NCBI GenBank assembly: GCA_950097015.1
Contig: CATNEN010000038.1
Coordinates: 22,072,001 to 22,136,000 of the forward strand
Direction of reading: 5' to 3'
Length of the DNA: 64,000 bases
Origin: Macrostomum hystrix
Lineage: Eukaryota > Animalia > Platyhelminthes
Shown here piece by piece: positions 62,001 through 64,000 of this stretch (position 1 is the stretch's first letter; every line of letters starts with the position of its first letter). The position numbers were made by a program, and so were the translations under genes. The notes beneath the pieces were generated by a model that saw nothing but the letters and a program-made list of their open reading frames with translations, had not been told where the DNA came from and searched no databases.

Positions 62001-64000
62001 GAGGCTCTGGGAAAATGACAGCTCTTCAAACTGAGGATCTGGGAAAATGACAGCTCTTCAAACTGAGGATCTAGGAAAATGACAGCTCTTCAAACTGAGG
62101 ATCTGAGAAAATGACAGCTCTTCAAACTGAGGATCTGAGAAAATGACAGCTCTTCAAACTGAGGATCTAGGAAAATGACAGCTCTTCAAACTGAGGATCT
62201 GGGAAAATGACAGCTCTTTAAACTGAGGATCTGAGAAAATGACAGCTCTTCAAACTGAGGATCTGGGAAAATGACAGCTCTTCAAACTGAGGATCTGGGA
62301 AAATGACAGCTCTTCAAACTGAGGATCTGGGAAAATGACAGCTCTTCAAACTGAGGATCTGGGAAAATGACAGCTCTTCAAACTGAGGATCTAGGAAAAT
62401 GACAGCTCTTCAAACTGAGGATCTGGGAAAATGACAGCTCTTCAAACTGAGGATCTGGGAAAATGACAGCTCTTCAAACTGAGGATCTAGGAAAATGACA
62501 GCTCTTCAAACTGAGGATCTGGGAAAATGACAGCTTCACAAACTGAGGATCTGGGAAAATGACAGGTACACTAACAGAGGATCTGAGAAAATGACAACTT
62601 CACAAACTGAGGATCTGGGAAAATGACAGCTCTTCAAACTGAGGATCTGGGAAAATGACAGCTCTTCAAACTGAGGATCTGGAAAAATGACAGCTCTTCA
62701 AACTGAGGATCTGGGAAAATGACAGCTCTTCAAACTGAGGATCTAGGAAAATGACAGCTCTTCAAACTGAGGATCTGGGAAAATGACAGCTCTTCAAACT
62801 GAGGATCTAGGAAAATGACAGCTCTTCAAACTGAGGATCTAGGAAAATGACAGCTCTTCAAACTGAGGATCTGGGAAAATGACAGCTCTTCAAACTGAGG
62901 ATCTAGGAAAATGACAGCTCTTCAAACTGAGGATCTAGGAAAATGACAGCTCTTCAAACTGAGGATCTGGGAAAATGACAGCTCTTCAAACTGAGGATCT
63001 GGGAAAATGACAGCTCTTCAAACTGAGGATCTGAGAAAATGACAGCTCTTCAAACTGAGGATCTGGGAAAATGACAGCTCTTCAAACTGAGGATCTAGGA
63101 AAATGACAGCTCTTCAAACTGAGGATCTAGGAAAATGACAGCTCTTCAAACTGAGGATCTGGGAAAATGACAGCTCTTCAAACTGAGGATCTAGGAAAAT
63201 GACAGCTCTTCAAACTGAGGATCTAGGAAAATGACAGCTCTTCAAACTGAGGATCTGAGAAAATGACAGCTCTTCAAACTGAGGATCTAGGAAAATGACA
63301 GCTCTTCAAACTGAGGATCTGGGAAAATGACAGCTCTTCAAACTGAGGATCTAGGAAAATGACAGCTCTTCAAACTGAGGATCTAGGAAAATGACAGCTC
63401 TTCAAACTGAGGATCTAGGAAAATGACAGCTCTTCAAACTGAGGATCTAGGAAAATGACAGCTTTACAAACTGAGGATCTGGGAAAATGACAGCTCTTCA
63501 AACTGAGGATCTGGGAAAATGACAGCTCTTCAAACTGAGGATCTGGGAAAATGACAGCTCTTCAAACTGAGGATCTAGGAAAATGACAGCTCTTCAAACT
63601 GAGGATCTGAGAAAATGACAGCTCTTCAAACTGAGGATCTGAGAAAATGACAGCTCTTCAAACTGAGGATCTGAGAAAATGACAGCTCTTCAAACTGAGG
63701 ATCTGGGAAAATGACAGCTCTTCAAACTGAGGATCTAGGAAAATGACAGCTCTTCAAACTGAGGATCTAGGAAAATGACAGCTCTTCAAACTGAGGATCT
63801 AGGAAAATGACAGCTCTTCAAACTGAGGATCTGGGAAAATGACAGCTCTTCAAACTGAGGATCTGGGAAAATGACAGCTCTTCAAACTGAGGATCTGGGA
63901 AAATGACAGCTCTTCAAACTGAGGATCTGGGAAAATGACAGCTCTTCAAACTGAGGATCTAGGAAAATGACAGCTGTTCAAACTGAGGATCTGGGAAAAT
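53003..64000. repeat. 32-bp satellite, ~340 copies, running off the window end; lies in an APPL intron
   Basis: Unit CTGAGGATCT(G/A)GGAAAATGACAGCTCTTCAAA; it starts ~150 bp from the acceptor at 52855, whose exon begins mid-codon and so needs an upstream exon. Confidence 0.97.

Overview
Eukaryotic (metazoan) genomic DNA, about half of it tandem repeat. The style resembles repeat-rich flatworm genomes such as Macrostomum, but the species cannot be verified from sequence alone. Four spliced genes were reconstructed by hand from GT-AG sites and frame continuity. (1) A small fibrinogen-related-domain gene (-, ~8.6-10.0 kb). (2) A complete 340-aa G-protein beta subunit (+, 18691-29364, 7 coding exons). 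(3) A ~1170-aa CLCA-family membrane protein (-, 45528-33312) whose zinc-protease HExxH motif is replaced by SAFAQ and which has a repeat-encoded mucin-like stalk. (4) The 3' half of an APPL-family PH+PTB adaptor (-, 52854-47251; BAR exons lie beyond the window). Nearly every intron of the three larger genes holds its own distinct minisatellite (units 5-50 bp), and several of these carry splice-site-like sequence in every unit. The window also contains a 7-kb G-rich 14-bp satellite, an >11-kb 32-bp intronic satellite, three copies of a hAT-like MITE (14-bp TIRs, 8-bp TSDs), a second dispersed repeat, CCAAT-box arrays and RFX X-box-like motifs. Most long ORFs in the ORF track are repeat artefacts. 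No rRNA, tRNA or CRISPR was seen.
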